Assembly: GCA_963614595.1 (NCBI GenBank)
Contig: CAVECL010000003.1
Span: 4,125-68,124 of the forward strand
Source of the DNA: Parasutterella excrementihominis
GTDB taxonomy: Bacteria > Bacillota_I > Bacilli_A > RFN20 > CAG-826
Length of the DNA: 64,000 nt
Reading direction: 5' to 3'
The notes under the pieces are model-generated. The model was given only the letters and a program-made list of their open reading frames with translations. It did no database searches and had not been told where the DNA came from. This document shows, piece by piece, positions 27,870 through 36,620 of this stretch (the stretch's first letter is position 1; the number at the start of each line of letters is the position of its first letter). The position numbers and the translations under genes are program-made.

Positions 27870-29830
27870 TTCTTGACCTCCTTCAGGAAGGTATCTTCCT
27901 CGTTGAATTGGATGTTCTGCTCAATCCATTCGCGGCGCTTGCTGGCGTCGCTCCCCATGAGGACCGAGATGCGGTTCTCGACGACTAAGGGATCGTCGAT
28001 GCGGACGCGAAGCAGCCTCCTCGTCTTCTTGTTCATGGTGGTGTTATAAAGCTGGTCGGCGTTCATCTCGCCGAGGCCTTTGTAGCGGGAGATCGAATAG
28101 CCGGGACCCACTTTTTCCTTCGCCTCGGCGAGGGTTTTGTCATCCCAGGCGTAGACGATGTGGCTCTTGTCGTTCTTTTTGAAGACCCCATACAAAGGAG
28201 GGCAGGCGATGTAGACCATGCCGTTGGTGATGAGGGGCTTCATGTAGTTGTAGAAGAAAGTCAAAAGCAAGATCTGGATGTGGGCGCCGTCGGTATCGGC
28301 ATCGGTCATGATGATGATTTTGCCATAATGCGACTCGGAGGCATCGAAATCCGCCCCCACTCCCGCTCCAATCGTCTGGATGATGGTGGAGAACTCGACG
28401 TTGGCCTTCATCCTCTCCATGGTGATGGAGTCGGTGTTGAGAGGCTTGCCCCTCAAAGGGAGGATGGCCTGGTGGAGCCTGTCTCTTCCGGTTTTGGCGC
28501 TGCCGCCTGCGGAATCGCCCTCGACGATGAACAGCTCATTCTCGGCGTAGTCCTTGCTTTGCGCCGCGGCTAGCTTATCGGAGATCACCGCGTCTACTTT
28601 CTTTGTCTTGCCGCCGCGCGCGGCTTCCCTGGCCTTTCTCGCCGCTTCCCTAGCTTGCTTGGAGGCGCTGCACTTATGGACGAGGTCAATGGCGAAAGCC
28701 TTGTGCTCGGCGAGGTAATACATGAGGTTCGTGTAGACGAAATCATTCATGAGGGGCGTGACTTCTGCCGTGTCCAGCTTGGCTTTCGTCTGCGACTCGT
28801 ATTGGAGGATGTTCTCGGGGATCTGGACCGAGATGACGACGGTGAGGCCTTCGCGGACGTCATTGCCGTCGAGCTTTTGGGATTCTTTGATGAGCCCGTT
28901 TTGGATGGCCCAGTCATTGACTGCGCGGGTCAGACCCGCCTTGAAGCCGGTCTCGTGGGAGCCCCCATCGTGCGTGCGGACGTTGTTCGCGTAGGATATG
29001 AGGTTGTCGTTGTAATCCTTGACGCACCACTGCAAAGCCACTTCCATGCGGATGGGGTTCGCGGTGCCTTTGACGTTCTTGGAATCGCTGAAGTTCAGGA
29101 TGTCGCCAAGCGGGGTCTTGTGCTCGTTGAGCGAGGCCACGTATTCCTTCAAGCCGTCTTTGTAGTAGAACTCGATGGACTGGCCCGTCCGTTCGTCTTT
29201 GAGGACGAAGTGAATGTTTCTTAGGAGGAAAGCTTCCTCGCGAAGGTGGTTATAGACGGTGTCCCATTTGAATTCGGTGGTCGAGAAAATGGTCTTGTCG
29301 GGCTTAAAGCGAACGAGGGTGCCGTGCTTTCTTGTGGTTCCCGTCTGCTCAAGTTTTTTCGCGAGGTGCCCGCCATTCTCCCAGCGGATGTGATAAGAGA
29401 AGCCCTGGCGGAAGACGGTGACGTCCAAATATTCGGAAAGCGCGTTGGTGACGGTTGCGCCCACGCCATGGAGGCCAGCGGCGGTTTGATAGGCCTTATC
29501 GGAGAATTTTCCGCCGGCGTGGAGCTTCGTGTAGATGATTTCAATCGCGGGTTTGCCCGTTCCTTTATGGATATCTACGGGCACGCCGCGGCCCTCGTCC
29601 TCGACGGAGACGGAGCCGTCCTTGTTCAAGGTGACGTAAATATGGTCGCCATAGCCGTTGGCGGCTTCGTCGACGCCGTTATCGACGATTTCCCAAATAA
29701 GATGATGCAAACCCTGCGCGTTCGTCGCGCCGATGTACATGCCAGGGCGCTTCCTGACGCCTTCCATTTCCGAAAGAACCTCAATGTTCTTCGCCGTATA
29801 AAGTTGTTCCGCTTTTTCGATGTCTGCCAT
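27866..29830 (-). CDS. parE: DNA topoisomerase IV subunit B (ParE)
   Basis: GHKL ATPase (GLHHLIWEIVDNGVDEA, GLHGVGATV) and Toprim (LFIVEGDSAGGSA, IMTDADTDGAHI). Overlaps the parC start by 4 nt. Confidence 0.8.
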   Translation of the reverse strand: MADIEKAEQLYTAKNIEVLSEMEGVRKRPGMYIGATNAQGLHHLIWEIVDNGVDEAANGYGDHIYVTLNKDGSVSVEDEGRGVPVDIHKGTGKPAIEIIYTKLHAGGKFSDKAYQTAAGLHGVGATVTNALSEYLDVTVFRQGFSYHIRWENGGHLAKKLEQTGTTRKHGTLVRFKPDKTIFSTTEFKWDTVYNHLREEAFLLRNIHFVLKDERTGQSIEFYYKDGLKEYVASLNEHKTPLGDILNFSDSKNVKGTANPIRMEVALQWCVKDYNDNLISYANNVRTHDGGSHETGFKAGLTRAVNDWAIQNGLIKESQKLDGNDVREGLTVVISVQIPENILQYESQTKAKLDTAEVTPLMNDFVYTNLMYYLAEHKAFAIDLVHKCSASKQAREAARKAREAARGGKTKKVDAVISDKLAAAQSKDYAENELFIVEGDSAGGSAKTGRDRLHQAILPLRGKPLNTDSITMERMKANVEFSTIIQTIGAGVGADFDASESHYGKIIIMTDADTDGAHIQILLLTFFYNYMKPLITNGMVYIACPPLYGVFKKNDKSHIVYAWDDKTLAEAKEKVGPGYSISRYKGLGEMNADQLYNTTMNKKTRRLLRVRIDDPLVVENRISVLMGSDASKRREWIEQNIQFNEEDTFLKEVKK

Positions 29831-29948
29831 GTCGTTCTATAAGAAAAAAATTTATGTCCCTAGGACCAAAACGCATTATACAACCGAAATTTGAGGAAGA
29901 CTATGCGCTTTTTTCGATATAATAGGCCCCGGAAAAGAGGTCCTGGAT

Positions 29949-30701
29949 ATGGAAATCATCTGGATAAACATCGTCGTAATCACCGTCAGCTTAATCGTCG
30001 GATATCTCTTCGGATCAATTCCGAGCGGAGTCATCATCGGCAAGGTTTTCTTCCATAAGGATCCGCGCGATTACTATTCCCACAATTCCGGCGGGACGAA
30101 TTCCGGCCGCGTCTTCGGCAAGAAGATCGGCGTTCTCGTCATCATCCTCGACATGATAAAAACCGCGCTCCCCATCTACGCAATTTGGGCGACGCTCACT
30201 TTCTCTGGGCTCCGCAACTACATGCTATGGGATAACGGATACGATGCCGCCCCTCTTTATTATTGGCTCGCGGGCCTAGCCGCAGCCATCGGTCACTGCT
30301 GGCCGGTTTACATTCGCTTCAAAGGGGGGAAAGCCGTTTCTTGCTACATGGGGACGAACGTCATGACGAGCTGGGTTGAGTTCGTTTTCGCCGGATGCAC
30401 TTATCTCATCATCGCCGGCAAAAAGAAGATCATTTCCTTGGCTTCAATCATCACTTCCATCGTCGGAACGCTCACCGCCTGGGTCATGTTCATCCTTGCG
30501 GTGACAATAAAAACAAACGTCCCCTTCGACCTTTACTATTCTTGGGGATTCGGGTTTTTGCCATTGTTCCACTTCGGCTGGGAATTCGCTTTGGTTGACA
30601 CTTTAATCGCGCCTCTTCTTATTTTCCGTCACCGTGCGAACATCAAACGTCTCAAAGAAGGAACGGAAGCGAAGACGACTGACAAGTTAGAAAAAATTTA
30701 G
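29949..30701 (+). CDS. plsY: Glycerol-3-phosphate acyltransferase PlsY (acyl-phosphate dependent)
   Basis: GYLFGSIPSGVIIGK, GGTNSGRV and GHCWPVYIRFKGGKAV. About 50 aa longer than the usual PlsY at the C-terminus. Confidence 0.85.
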   Translation: MEIIWINIVVITVSLIVGYLFGSIPSGVIIGKVFFHKDPRDYYSHNSGGTNSGRVFGKKIGVLVIILDMIKTALPIYAIWATLTFSGLRNYMLWDNGYDAAPLYYWLAGLAAAIGHCWPVYIRFKGGKAVSCYMGTNVMTSWVEFVFAGCTYLIIAGKKKIISLASIITSIVGTLTAWVMFILAVTIKTNVPFDLYYSWGFGFLPLFHFGWEFALVDTLIAPLLIFRHRANIKRLKEGTEAKTTDKLEKI

Positions 30702-30714
30702 TAGTTTTCTAGTT
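30698..30714 (+). repeat. TTAGTAGTTTTTTRGTW motif copy (includes the plsY stop codon)
   Basis: TTAGTAGTTTTCTAGTT. The first TAG (30699-30701) is the plsY stop. Confidence 0.65.
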
Positions 30715-30728
30715 AATTTATTTTTTGT

Positions 30729-30756
30729 GGAAATCCAAATGTGGATTTCCTTTTTT
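30729..30756 (+). terminator. Rho-independent terminator after plsY
   Basis: GGAAATCCA-aatg-TGGATTTCC followed by TTTTTT. Confidence 0.8.
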
Positions 30757-30891
30757 CTTTAAAAACCACGATAATAGGCTTGTTTTTGATTGACATTATT
30801 TTTGCGCAAAACATTTTTCCAGCAGTTGACGTTAAAAATTCCCGTTTATTTTCATCAACCACCACTTCCGCTTCTTGTTGCAAGCGACATA

Positions 30892-30920
30892 GAAAAAAGG
30901 CGGGAATGCCCGCCTTTTTT
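30892..30920. terminator. Bidirectional terminator downstream of fakA
   Basis: AAAAAA-GGCGGG-aatg-CCCGCC-TTTTTT, with an A-run and a T-run on either side. Confidence 0.8.
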
Positions 30921-30942
30921 GATTGACGTTTTATCTAACTCT

Positions 30943-32592
30943 TTATTCAAGAGCGAAGATGAAAGGGTAGACGTCTTGTCCGCCCTCGATTGGGAAGAAA
31001 TCCATCAAAGGGTATTTGGCTTCGATCGCTGCCCCCACCGCTTCTTTTTGCTCAGGGCTAACGTCCTTCCCAAAGAAGACCGTGACGACGGAACGATCGT
31101 CGATGTCCTCGACTTTGGAGATGGTCTCCATAAGGCAAGAAATAGGATCGGAGTTGTCAGAGACGAGGCTTCCGGAGAGAATGCCGATGTAATCCCCGCA
31201 CGTGACGGAGATGCCGTTGTTCACGGAATCCCTCACGGCCGTCGAGATTTCGCCGGCTACGACGGTTTCGATGGCCCCGTTGATGGTTTCGACGGTGCCT
31301 TCAAGGCCTTCGCTTTCGAAATCAATGAGCTGAAGGGCGCTGTAAGCCTGAACGATGGATTTGGATGAAATGACCACGACATTCGCCTTTTCATAAAGCG
31401 AGGCGGCCTGTTTCGCGGTTAGGACGACATTGCCGTTGTTGGGGAAAACGATGATGTTCTCCGCGCAGGCTTCGTCGAAGGCCTTGATGAAGTCGTCGGC
31501 GCTCGGATTCATGCTTTGGCCGCCGCTCACGATGGCGTCGACTTTGAGCTCGCGGAAGAGCGCGGAGATCTCCGCGGAAGGAGAAACCGCGACCACCGCG
31601 TACTTTTTCTTCTTTTTCTCCTCGATTGGCATCTCCTTGAGGAGGATCTCGTTATGCTGAAGGTTCATGTTCTCCATTTTGAACGTGAGGAACTCGCCGT
31701 ATTTCTGGGCATAGCGGATGGGGAGAGAGGGATCTTTTGTGTGGACGTGCACCTTGACGATATTCCCGTTTCGGAGGGCGACGATCGAATCGCCGAAGGT
31801 CTTGAAATAGTCGATCATGGCCTGAAGGTCGAATTCCTTCGGACCGTTCTTGCAATTTTGAAGCTGCAGGATGAATTCGGTGCAGTAGCCATAGGTGAGG
31901 ACGCTGTCCTCATTGAAGGCGCTTAGATCGGTGGCGGTCGCGCCGTTGCTGGGCCCATCGAAAGCGGAATCCTCCACTTCCTCGCCATTGATCTCCTTGC
32001 TCATGCCGTCGATGACGGTGAGCAAACCCGCTCCGCCGGAATCGATGACCCCGGCCTCTTTCAAGACGGGGAGCAGATCGGGCGTCTTCTTGAGGGCTTT
32101 GGCCATGGCGAAGTGGAGCATGGAAAACAATTCTTCGATGGTGGCGAGCTTCTCGACTTTGTTCTCGACCGCGTCGCTGCCTTCTCTGGCGACGGTTAAA
32201 ATAGTGCCTTCAACAGGCGTCACCACCGCTTCGTAAGCCGTATGGGTGGCTTGCTGGAGGGCGATTGCGAATTGGGTGGGGTTCACTTCGTTCAGCCCCT
32301 CTAGCCCTTTGGCAAGGCCGGCGAAGAATTGGGAAAGGATTACGCCGGAATTGCCTCTGGCGCTGAGAAGCATGCCGGAAGCCAAGGCTGCGCTTTTCGC
32401 GCTAACGGTGTCTTCTTTTTCCTTTTCCATGGCCTCAACCCCGCCTTTCAGGGTCGCGGTCATATTCGTTCCGGTGTCGCCGTCTGGGACAGGGAAGACA
32501 TTCAGGTCGTTAATTTTCTGATAGTTGGCTTTCAGGTTTTTCAGGCCGTTGGAGACCATGGCCTGGAACATGGTTGAATTGATGCTGTTCAT
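30943..32592 (-). CDS. fakA: DAK2-domain protein YloV = fatty acid kinase subunit FakA
   Basis: 549 aa. N-terminal Dak2 signature (NVFPVPDGDTGTNM, ARGNSGVILSQFF) with a YloV-type middle and C-terminal region. Confidence 0.8.
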   Translation of the reverse strand: MNSINSTMFQAMVSNGLKNLKANYQKINDLNVFPVPDGDTGTNMTATLKGGVEAMEKEKEDTVSAKSAALASGMLLSARGNSGVILSQFFAGLAKGLEGLNEVNPTQFAIALQQATHTAYEAVVTPVEGTILTVAREGSDAVENKVEKLATIEELFSMLHFAMAKALKKTPDLLPVLKEAGVIDSGGAGLLTVIDGMSKEINGEEVEDSAFDGPSNGATATDLSAFNEDSVLTYGYCTEFILQLQNCKNGPKEFDLQAMIDYFKTFGDSIVALRNGNIVKVHVHTKDPSLPIRYAQKYGEFLTFKMENMNLQHNEILLKEMPIEEKKKKKYAVVAVSPSAEISALFRELKVDAIVSGGQSMNPSADDFIKAFDEACAENIIVFPNNGNVVLTAKQAASLYEKANVVVISSKSIVQAYSALQLIDFESEGLEGTVETINGAIETVVAGEISTAVRDSVNNGISVTCGDYIGILSGSLVSDNSDPISCLMETISKVEDIDDRSVVTVFFGKDVSPEQKEAVGAAIEAKYPLMDFFPIEGGQDVYPFIFALE

Positions 32593-32612
32593 AGGGGGAA
32601 ACCTCGAAACGG

Positions 32613-33509
32613 CTATTCCCCGCAGGCAGTGACAGCTTTACCAAAAACGTAGACGGCGACGGTGCCCGGGCCAGTCGAAGCGCCGATGATGGGGCCGATG
32701 TTGCCGCGATAAATCTTCGCGTTGGGAAGGCGGCGGAGCAAGGCTTCTTTGGTGAATTCGGCGGCTTCCGGATTGTCCGCGTCGGAGATGTAGAAGGTTT
32801 CGTTCTCAGGATCCTCGCAAGCTTCGACTGCCATGTCGGCAATGCGGCTGAGGGAGGCTTTCTTGCCTTTGGCTTTCTCGATGGCGAAGTTATGGCCCTT
32901 GACGTCGCTGATGAGGATCGGCTTGACCCCGAAGATGTTGCCGAAGAAGGCGGAGCTAGCGGTCACGCGGCCCGCTTTTTTAAGCGCGGTGAGATTCTCG
33001 ACGGTCGCGAACTGATTGAACTTAAGGAGATTTTCCTTGAGCCAAGAGGCCACCTCATCGATGGTTTTGCCCTGTTCCCTCATTTTGCTGGCTTTGATGG
33101 CCATATCCGCTTGGGCATAGCCCGAGATGAGGGAATCGATGCAGATGATTTTGCGGTCAGAATACTTCTTGGAAAGCTCTTCGCTGACTTTGACCGCGAC
33201 GTTGAAAGAGGCGCTTAAGCCGCTTGAGCAAGCGATATAAAGGACGTCTTTGCCTTTTCCAAGGCTGGGGATGAAGCGCTTGCTGACTTCTTGCTCGGTA
33301 ATCTGCTGGGTGAAGATGCGCTTGCCGTCCCTCATGATCTGATAGAAGTCATGATGGCTCATGCCCTGATCGTAATCAAGGGAGGCATCCATCCTGTCTC
33401 CGTCTTCGACGGCGACGCCCATGCGGAGGTAATCCACATCATACTTGGTCCTGAGTTCGGCGGACATATCGCCGGTGCTGTCGATAAAAATGTCGAAATT
33501 GGTTTTCAT
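32613..33509 (-). CDS. fakB: DegV-family fatty-acid-binding protein (FakB)
   Basis: 298 aa with IFIDSTGDMSAEL, LYIACSSGLSASF and GPGTVAVY. Lies 20 nt upstream of fakA. Confidence 0.8.
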   Translation of the reverse strand: MKTNFDIFIDSTGDMSAELRTKYDVDYLRMGVAVEDGDRMDASLDYDQGMSHHDFYQIMRDGKRIFTQQITEQEVSKRFIPSLGKGKDVLYIACSSGLSASFNVAVKVSEELSKKYSDRKIICIDSLISGYAQADMAIKASKMREQGKTIDEVASWLKENLLKFNQFATVENLTALKKAGRVTASSAFFGNIFGVKPILISDVKGHNFAIEKAKGKKASLSRIADMAVEACEDPENETFYISDADNPEAAEFTKEALLRRLPNAKIYRGNIGPIIGASTGPGTVAVYVFGKAVTACGE

Positions 33510-33530
33510 AGATAAATTCCTTTCTATACC

Positions 33531-33554
33531 AAAAAACCGCTGATGTCAGCGGTT
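33531..33554 (-). terminator. Terminator overlapping the yneF stop codon
   Basis: Minus strand: AACCGCTGAcaTCAGCGGTT followed by TTTTTT. The TGA stop sits within the stem-loop. Confidence 0.65.
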
Positions 33555-33788
33555 GCGTTCGCTTTCCATTTGTTTCATAACCGCGCGAATCTGCGCTTCC
33601 GAGGGCTTGCGGCCCATGGAGCGGAACATCGCGCGGATCATGTTCTCGTTGATGGGCGGGTTGTCTTTAAGCTGTTTCTTGAAAACGTAGCGGGCAATCA
33701 AAAAACCAGCGACGGCGCCAAGAATAAGCGCGCCGATAACAAGGCCGAACCAGCCTCCATCCCATCCAAATAGCGCGGGGAGGCTCAT
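33546..33788 (-). CDS. yneF: UPF0154/YneF-family small membrane protein
   Basis: 80 aa. One N-terminal TM helix, then ARYVFKKQLKDNPPINENMIRAMFRSMGRKPSEAQIRAVMKQM. Confidence 0.8.
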   Translation of the reverse strand: MSLPALFGWDGGWFGLVIGALILGAVAGFLIARYVFKKQLKDNPPINENMIRAMFRSMGRKPSEAQIRAVMKQMESERNR

Positions 33789-33790
33789 TC

Positions 33791-34351
33791 TTAAGCCCTC
33801 CCGTCGTATTTGCCGGTCGAGGTGTCGACGGAAATCTTATCGCCTTCGTTGATGAAGAGCGGGACGCGGATGGTGATGCCGGTCTCGAGCTCAGCGTCTT
33901 TGGAGCCGCCGTTGCTCACGGTGTCGCCTCTGACGCCCGGTTCGGTCTTCGTGACGGTCAAAATGGCCTTCGCGGGAAGGGAAACGCCGAGGATCTCGTC
34001 TTCATAAGTGACGATTGTGACTTCGCTATTGGGGGCGATGTACTTGATTTCGTTCTCAAGAACGGCGTGCGGGAGAGGAATCTGCTCGTAGGTCTTCGGA
34101 TCCATGAAGTTATAGGCTTGGCCGTCATCGTAGAGGTAATTCATCGTCTTCTTATCGACGTGGATGTCCTCGACGCCATATCCGGAGTTGCGGGCGAGCT
34201 CGACGATCGCGCCGGTCCTCATGTTCTTGACTTTAAGTTTCGCGACCATCTTCCTCATCGCGGTCTTGTTGAGGAGGATGTCAATGACCTGGTACATATT
34301 GCCTTCATCAATGAAGTAGTTGCCAGGACGGAGTTCTGTGACATTGATCAT
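33791..34351 (-). CDS. efp: Elongation factor P (non-canonical tip loop)
   Basis: 186 aa with three-domain EF-P features (MINVTELRPGNYF..., KNMRTGAIVE, EPGVRGDT, GITIRVPLFINEGDKI). The loop reads NKTAMRKM where Firmicute EF-P has VKPGKGAA. Confidence 0.88.
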   Translation of the reverse strand: MINVTELRPGNYFIDEGNMYQVIDILLNKTAMRKMVAKLKVKNMRTGAIVELARNSGYGVEDIHVDKKTMNYLYDDGQAYNFMDPKTYEQIPLPHAVLENEIKYIAPNSEVTIVTYEDEILGVSLPAKAILTVTKTEPGVRGDTVSNGGSKDAELETGITIRVPLFINEGDKISVDTSTGKYDGRA

Positions 34352-34631
34352 AAATTCAAATAATCTCCTTATAATGTCGGAAGAAATTATAGTCCTTTTG
34401 GACCCTCTAAAAAAGAATGATTTTGTTGCCCTAGAAAAGCACGCGCAGCATCGATTCTTTTCAAAGCTTTAATTGTTGTTTCCCCTTTCAAAAAGCAGCC
34501 GATTTTCGCTTGCTTTGGATGCCGCGGATGAGGTTAGATACGAGGGCGAAGGGAAGCTCCTCGAATCCGACGGGATCAGGATCGCTAACGCGATATGCGC
34601 CTTCATCCGCGTTGCCTGGTCAGAGGCGTCT

Positions 34632-35267
34632 TTAATTCAGATACTCGTTCAAATAGGGCTTCTCATCCCCGATCGTCGTCTTGCCGCCGTGCCCGGGATA
34701 GACGAGCGTGTCCTCCGGCAAAGCGAAGATCTTGGCAAGGCTTGCCTCTTTGTCTTTCGGGGCGGCATGGGGCAAATCATCCCTGCCGATGCCGAGTTTG
34801 AACAGGGTATCGCCCGAGAAAAGGATCCCCTCCTCTTTGAAATAGAGGCAGATTGAGCCTTTCGTATGGAACGGGGTGGCGAGGGTCTCGAACTTGAAGG
34901 GGCCGATTGTTGTCTCGTCCCCATCTTCTAAGAAGTAGACGCTCCTGTCTTTCGCCAGCGAAAAAGGCTCGGCCAGGTCGAAAGAAGCATTCTTCTTGGG
35001 GTCATTGAGGCAAACGTCGTCCTCTCTTGACATGAAAAGAGGGATGCTCTCAAGATTCTCGACGTCCTTAAGGCCGTAGAAATGATCGAAATGGCCATGG
35101 GTGAGGGCGATTGCGAGGATCTTCCCTCGATGATGCTTCTCAATGTAGCGGTTCAGCACCCCGTTTTGGTTGTAACCCGGGTCGATGAGCAAACAAGGCT
35201 CCCCTTCTTCTCCTAAGACGTAGGTGTTGGCGAAAGCGGGGTGATAGTTCAGCTTAGTTACTTTCAT
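34632..35267 (-). CDS. MBL-fold metallo-hydrolase (YqgX/glyoxalase II-like)
   Basis: TYVLGEEGEPCLLIDPG, ALTHGHFDHF, FHTKGS and YPGHG. Start set at ATG 35267. The longer track ORF (to 35339) would overlap rpmG and its terminator. Confidence 0.8.
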   Translation of the reverse strand: MKVTKLNYHPAFANTYVLGEEGEPCLLIDPGYNQNGVLNRYIEKHHRGKILAIALTHGHFDHFYGLKDVENLESIPLFMSREDDVCLNDPKKNASFDLAEPFSLAKDRSVYFLEDGDETTIGPFKFETLATPFHTKGSICLYFKEEGILFSGDTLFKLGIGRDDLPHAAPKDKEASLAKIFALPEDTLVYPGHGGKTTIGDEKPYLNEYLN

Positions 35268-35273
35268 GAAATC

Positions 35274-35298
35274 AAAAAAATAAGGCCGCAGCCTTATT
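35274..35298 (-). terminator. Terminator after rpmG
   Basis: Minus strand: AATAAGGC-tgcg-GCCTTATT followed by TTTTTTT. It overlaps the rpmG TAA. Confidence 0.7.
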
Positions 35299-35452
35299 TC
35301 TTCTCCTTGTGGTCGGTCATCTTGCGGCAATGTTCGCAATACTTTTTGATCTCCATCTTCTCAGGCTTGTTGCGTTTGTTCCTGGTCGTGATGTAGTTCT
35401 CGTTACCGCAGACGGTGCATTTCAGGATGACTTGATCGCGTTTGGACGCCAT
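35294..35452 (-). CDS. rpmG: 50S ribosomal protein L33 (not in ORF track, 52 aa)
   Basis: My own translation of the minus strand gives MASKRDQVILKCTVCGNENYITTRNKRNKPEKMEIKKYCEHCRKMTDHKEKK. It has the CxxC...CxxC zinc ribbon typical of L33. GGAGAG lies upstream and a hairpin terminator downstream. Confidence 0.9.
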   Translation of the reverse strand: MASKRDQVILKCTVCGNENYITTRNKRNKPEKMEIKKYCEHCRKMTDHKEKK

Positions 35453-35539
35453 ATTCGTTCACTCTCCTTCGCTTACGCGTGGTGTATCCTATCACACCCT
35501 TTCCAAAAGTGCTACAACTTGCTTTAGAATAGTTGCGCT

Positions 35540-36592
35540 ATGTTGAAAAGAAACGAAACACGGCCCGTCTATTTGGCCAAGACGCGGCTTGGCGGCCAGG
35601 ATAGAGTCCTCATTCAGTCGATGGCCTCCATCAAGACGAGCAAAATCGAGGAGGTGAGCGAGCAGATCAATCGCTGCGCCGATTTAGGATGCGACATCAT
35701 GCGTCTCTCCTGCCTTGATATGGAGGATGCGAAAAGCTTCTCCCTCATCAAAAAAAGGGTCAGGATCCCCTTGGTGGCGGACATCCACTTCGATTACCGC
35801 TTCGCCCTCGAGGCCATCAAAGGAGGCGTCGACGCGGTCAGAATCAACCCCGGCAACATCGGGGATGAGGAGCGCATTAAGCAAGTCGTCTCCGCCTGCA
35901 AGGAACGCCGCGTCCCCATCCGCATCGGAGTGAACTCCGGCTCCCTGGACAAAAGCATCTCTTCCGGAGAGGCGAAAGTCCTTGCGAATCACCTCGTCGA
36001 AAGCGCGAAAAAACACGTGGCCATCTTAGAAAGACTCGATTTTCACGACATCGTGATCTCTTTGAAGGGCAGCTCGCCCCTAGAGACCATCGAAGCCTAT
36101 AAGGAAGCCGCGAGGATCTTCCCCTACCCCTTGCACCTCGGAGTGACGGAAGCCGGGCCGAAAGACATCGGCCTCATCCGCAGCGCAGCCACCTTATCCC
36201 CTTTATTGCTAGAAGGGATAGGCGACACCATCCGCATCTCCTTAAGCGACGACCCCGAGGAGGAGGTCAAAGCCTGCCAGAGGCTTCTCCATGATCTTGG
36301 CCTCCTCGAAGATTACCCCACGTTCATCTCCTGCCCGACCTGCGGCAGAACCTCGGTTAACCTAATTCCTCTAGCGAAAGAGCTTCAGCGCTACGTCGAG
36401 GAAAGGCGCATCTGCAAGACCGTCGCCGTGATGGGCTGCATCGTGAACGGCCCAGGCGAGGCGAAGCACGCGGATTTAGGCGCCGCGGGAGGGAACGGGA
36501 GATGGGTCATCTTCAAGAAAGGGCAGATCCTGCGCGAGGTAGATGAGGCGGATATCCTCATCGAGATGAAGAAGGAAATCGACGCCTTATAA
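35540..36592 (+). CDS. ispG: 4-hydroxy-3-methylbut-2-enyl diphosphate synthase IspG (GcpE)
   Basis: GGQDRVLIQSM, RINPGNIG, LHLGVTEAG and cluster cysteines SCPTCGRT...GCIVNGPGE. No SD; TAGAAT lies 9 nt upstream of the ATG. Confidence 0.92.
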   Translation: MLKRNETRPVYLAKTRLGGQDRVLIQSMASIKTSKIEEVSEQINRCADLGCDIMRLSCLDMEDAKSFSLIKKRVRIPLVADIHFDYRFALEAIKGGVDAVRINPGNIGDEERIKQVVSACKERRVPIRIGVNSGSLDKSISSGEAKVLANHLVESAKKHVAILERLDFHDIVISLKGSSPLETIEAYKEAARIFPYPLHLGVTEAGPKDIGLIRSAATLSPLLLEGIGDTIRISLSDDPEEEVKACQRLLHDLGLLEDYPTFISCPTCGRTSVNLIPLAKELQRYVEERRICKTVAVMGCIVNGPGEAKHADLGAAGGNGRWVIFKKGQILREVDEADILIEMKKEIDAL

Positions 36593-36620
36593 GAAAAGAG
36601 CAGGTCACCCCTGCTCTTTT
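36593..36620. terminator. Bidirectional hairpin between convergent ispG and the DEAD-box helicase gene
   Basis: AAAAGAGCAGG-tcacc-CCTGCTCTTTT. The right arm encodes the helicase C-terminus. Confidence 0.65.

Noticed and set aside
30741-30926. A 61-aa plus-strand ORF between plsY and fakA.
   Set aside because: It starts at a GTG inside the plsY terminator hairpin and runs through the second terminator. It has no RBS. The AT-rich composition explains its hydrophobic N-terminus.
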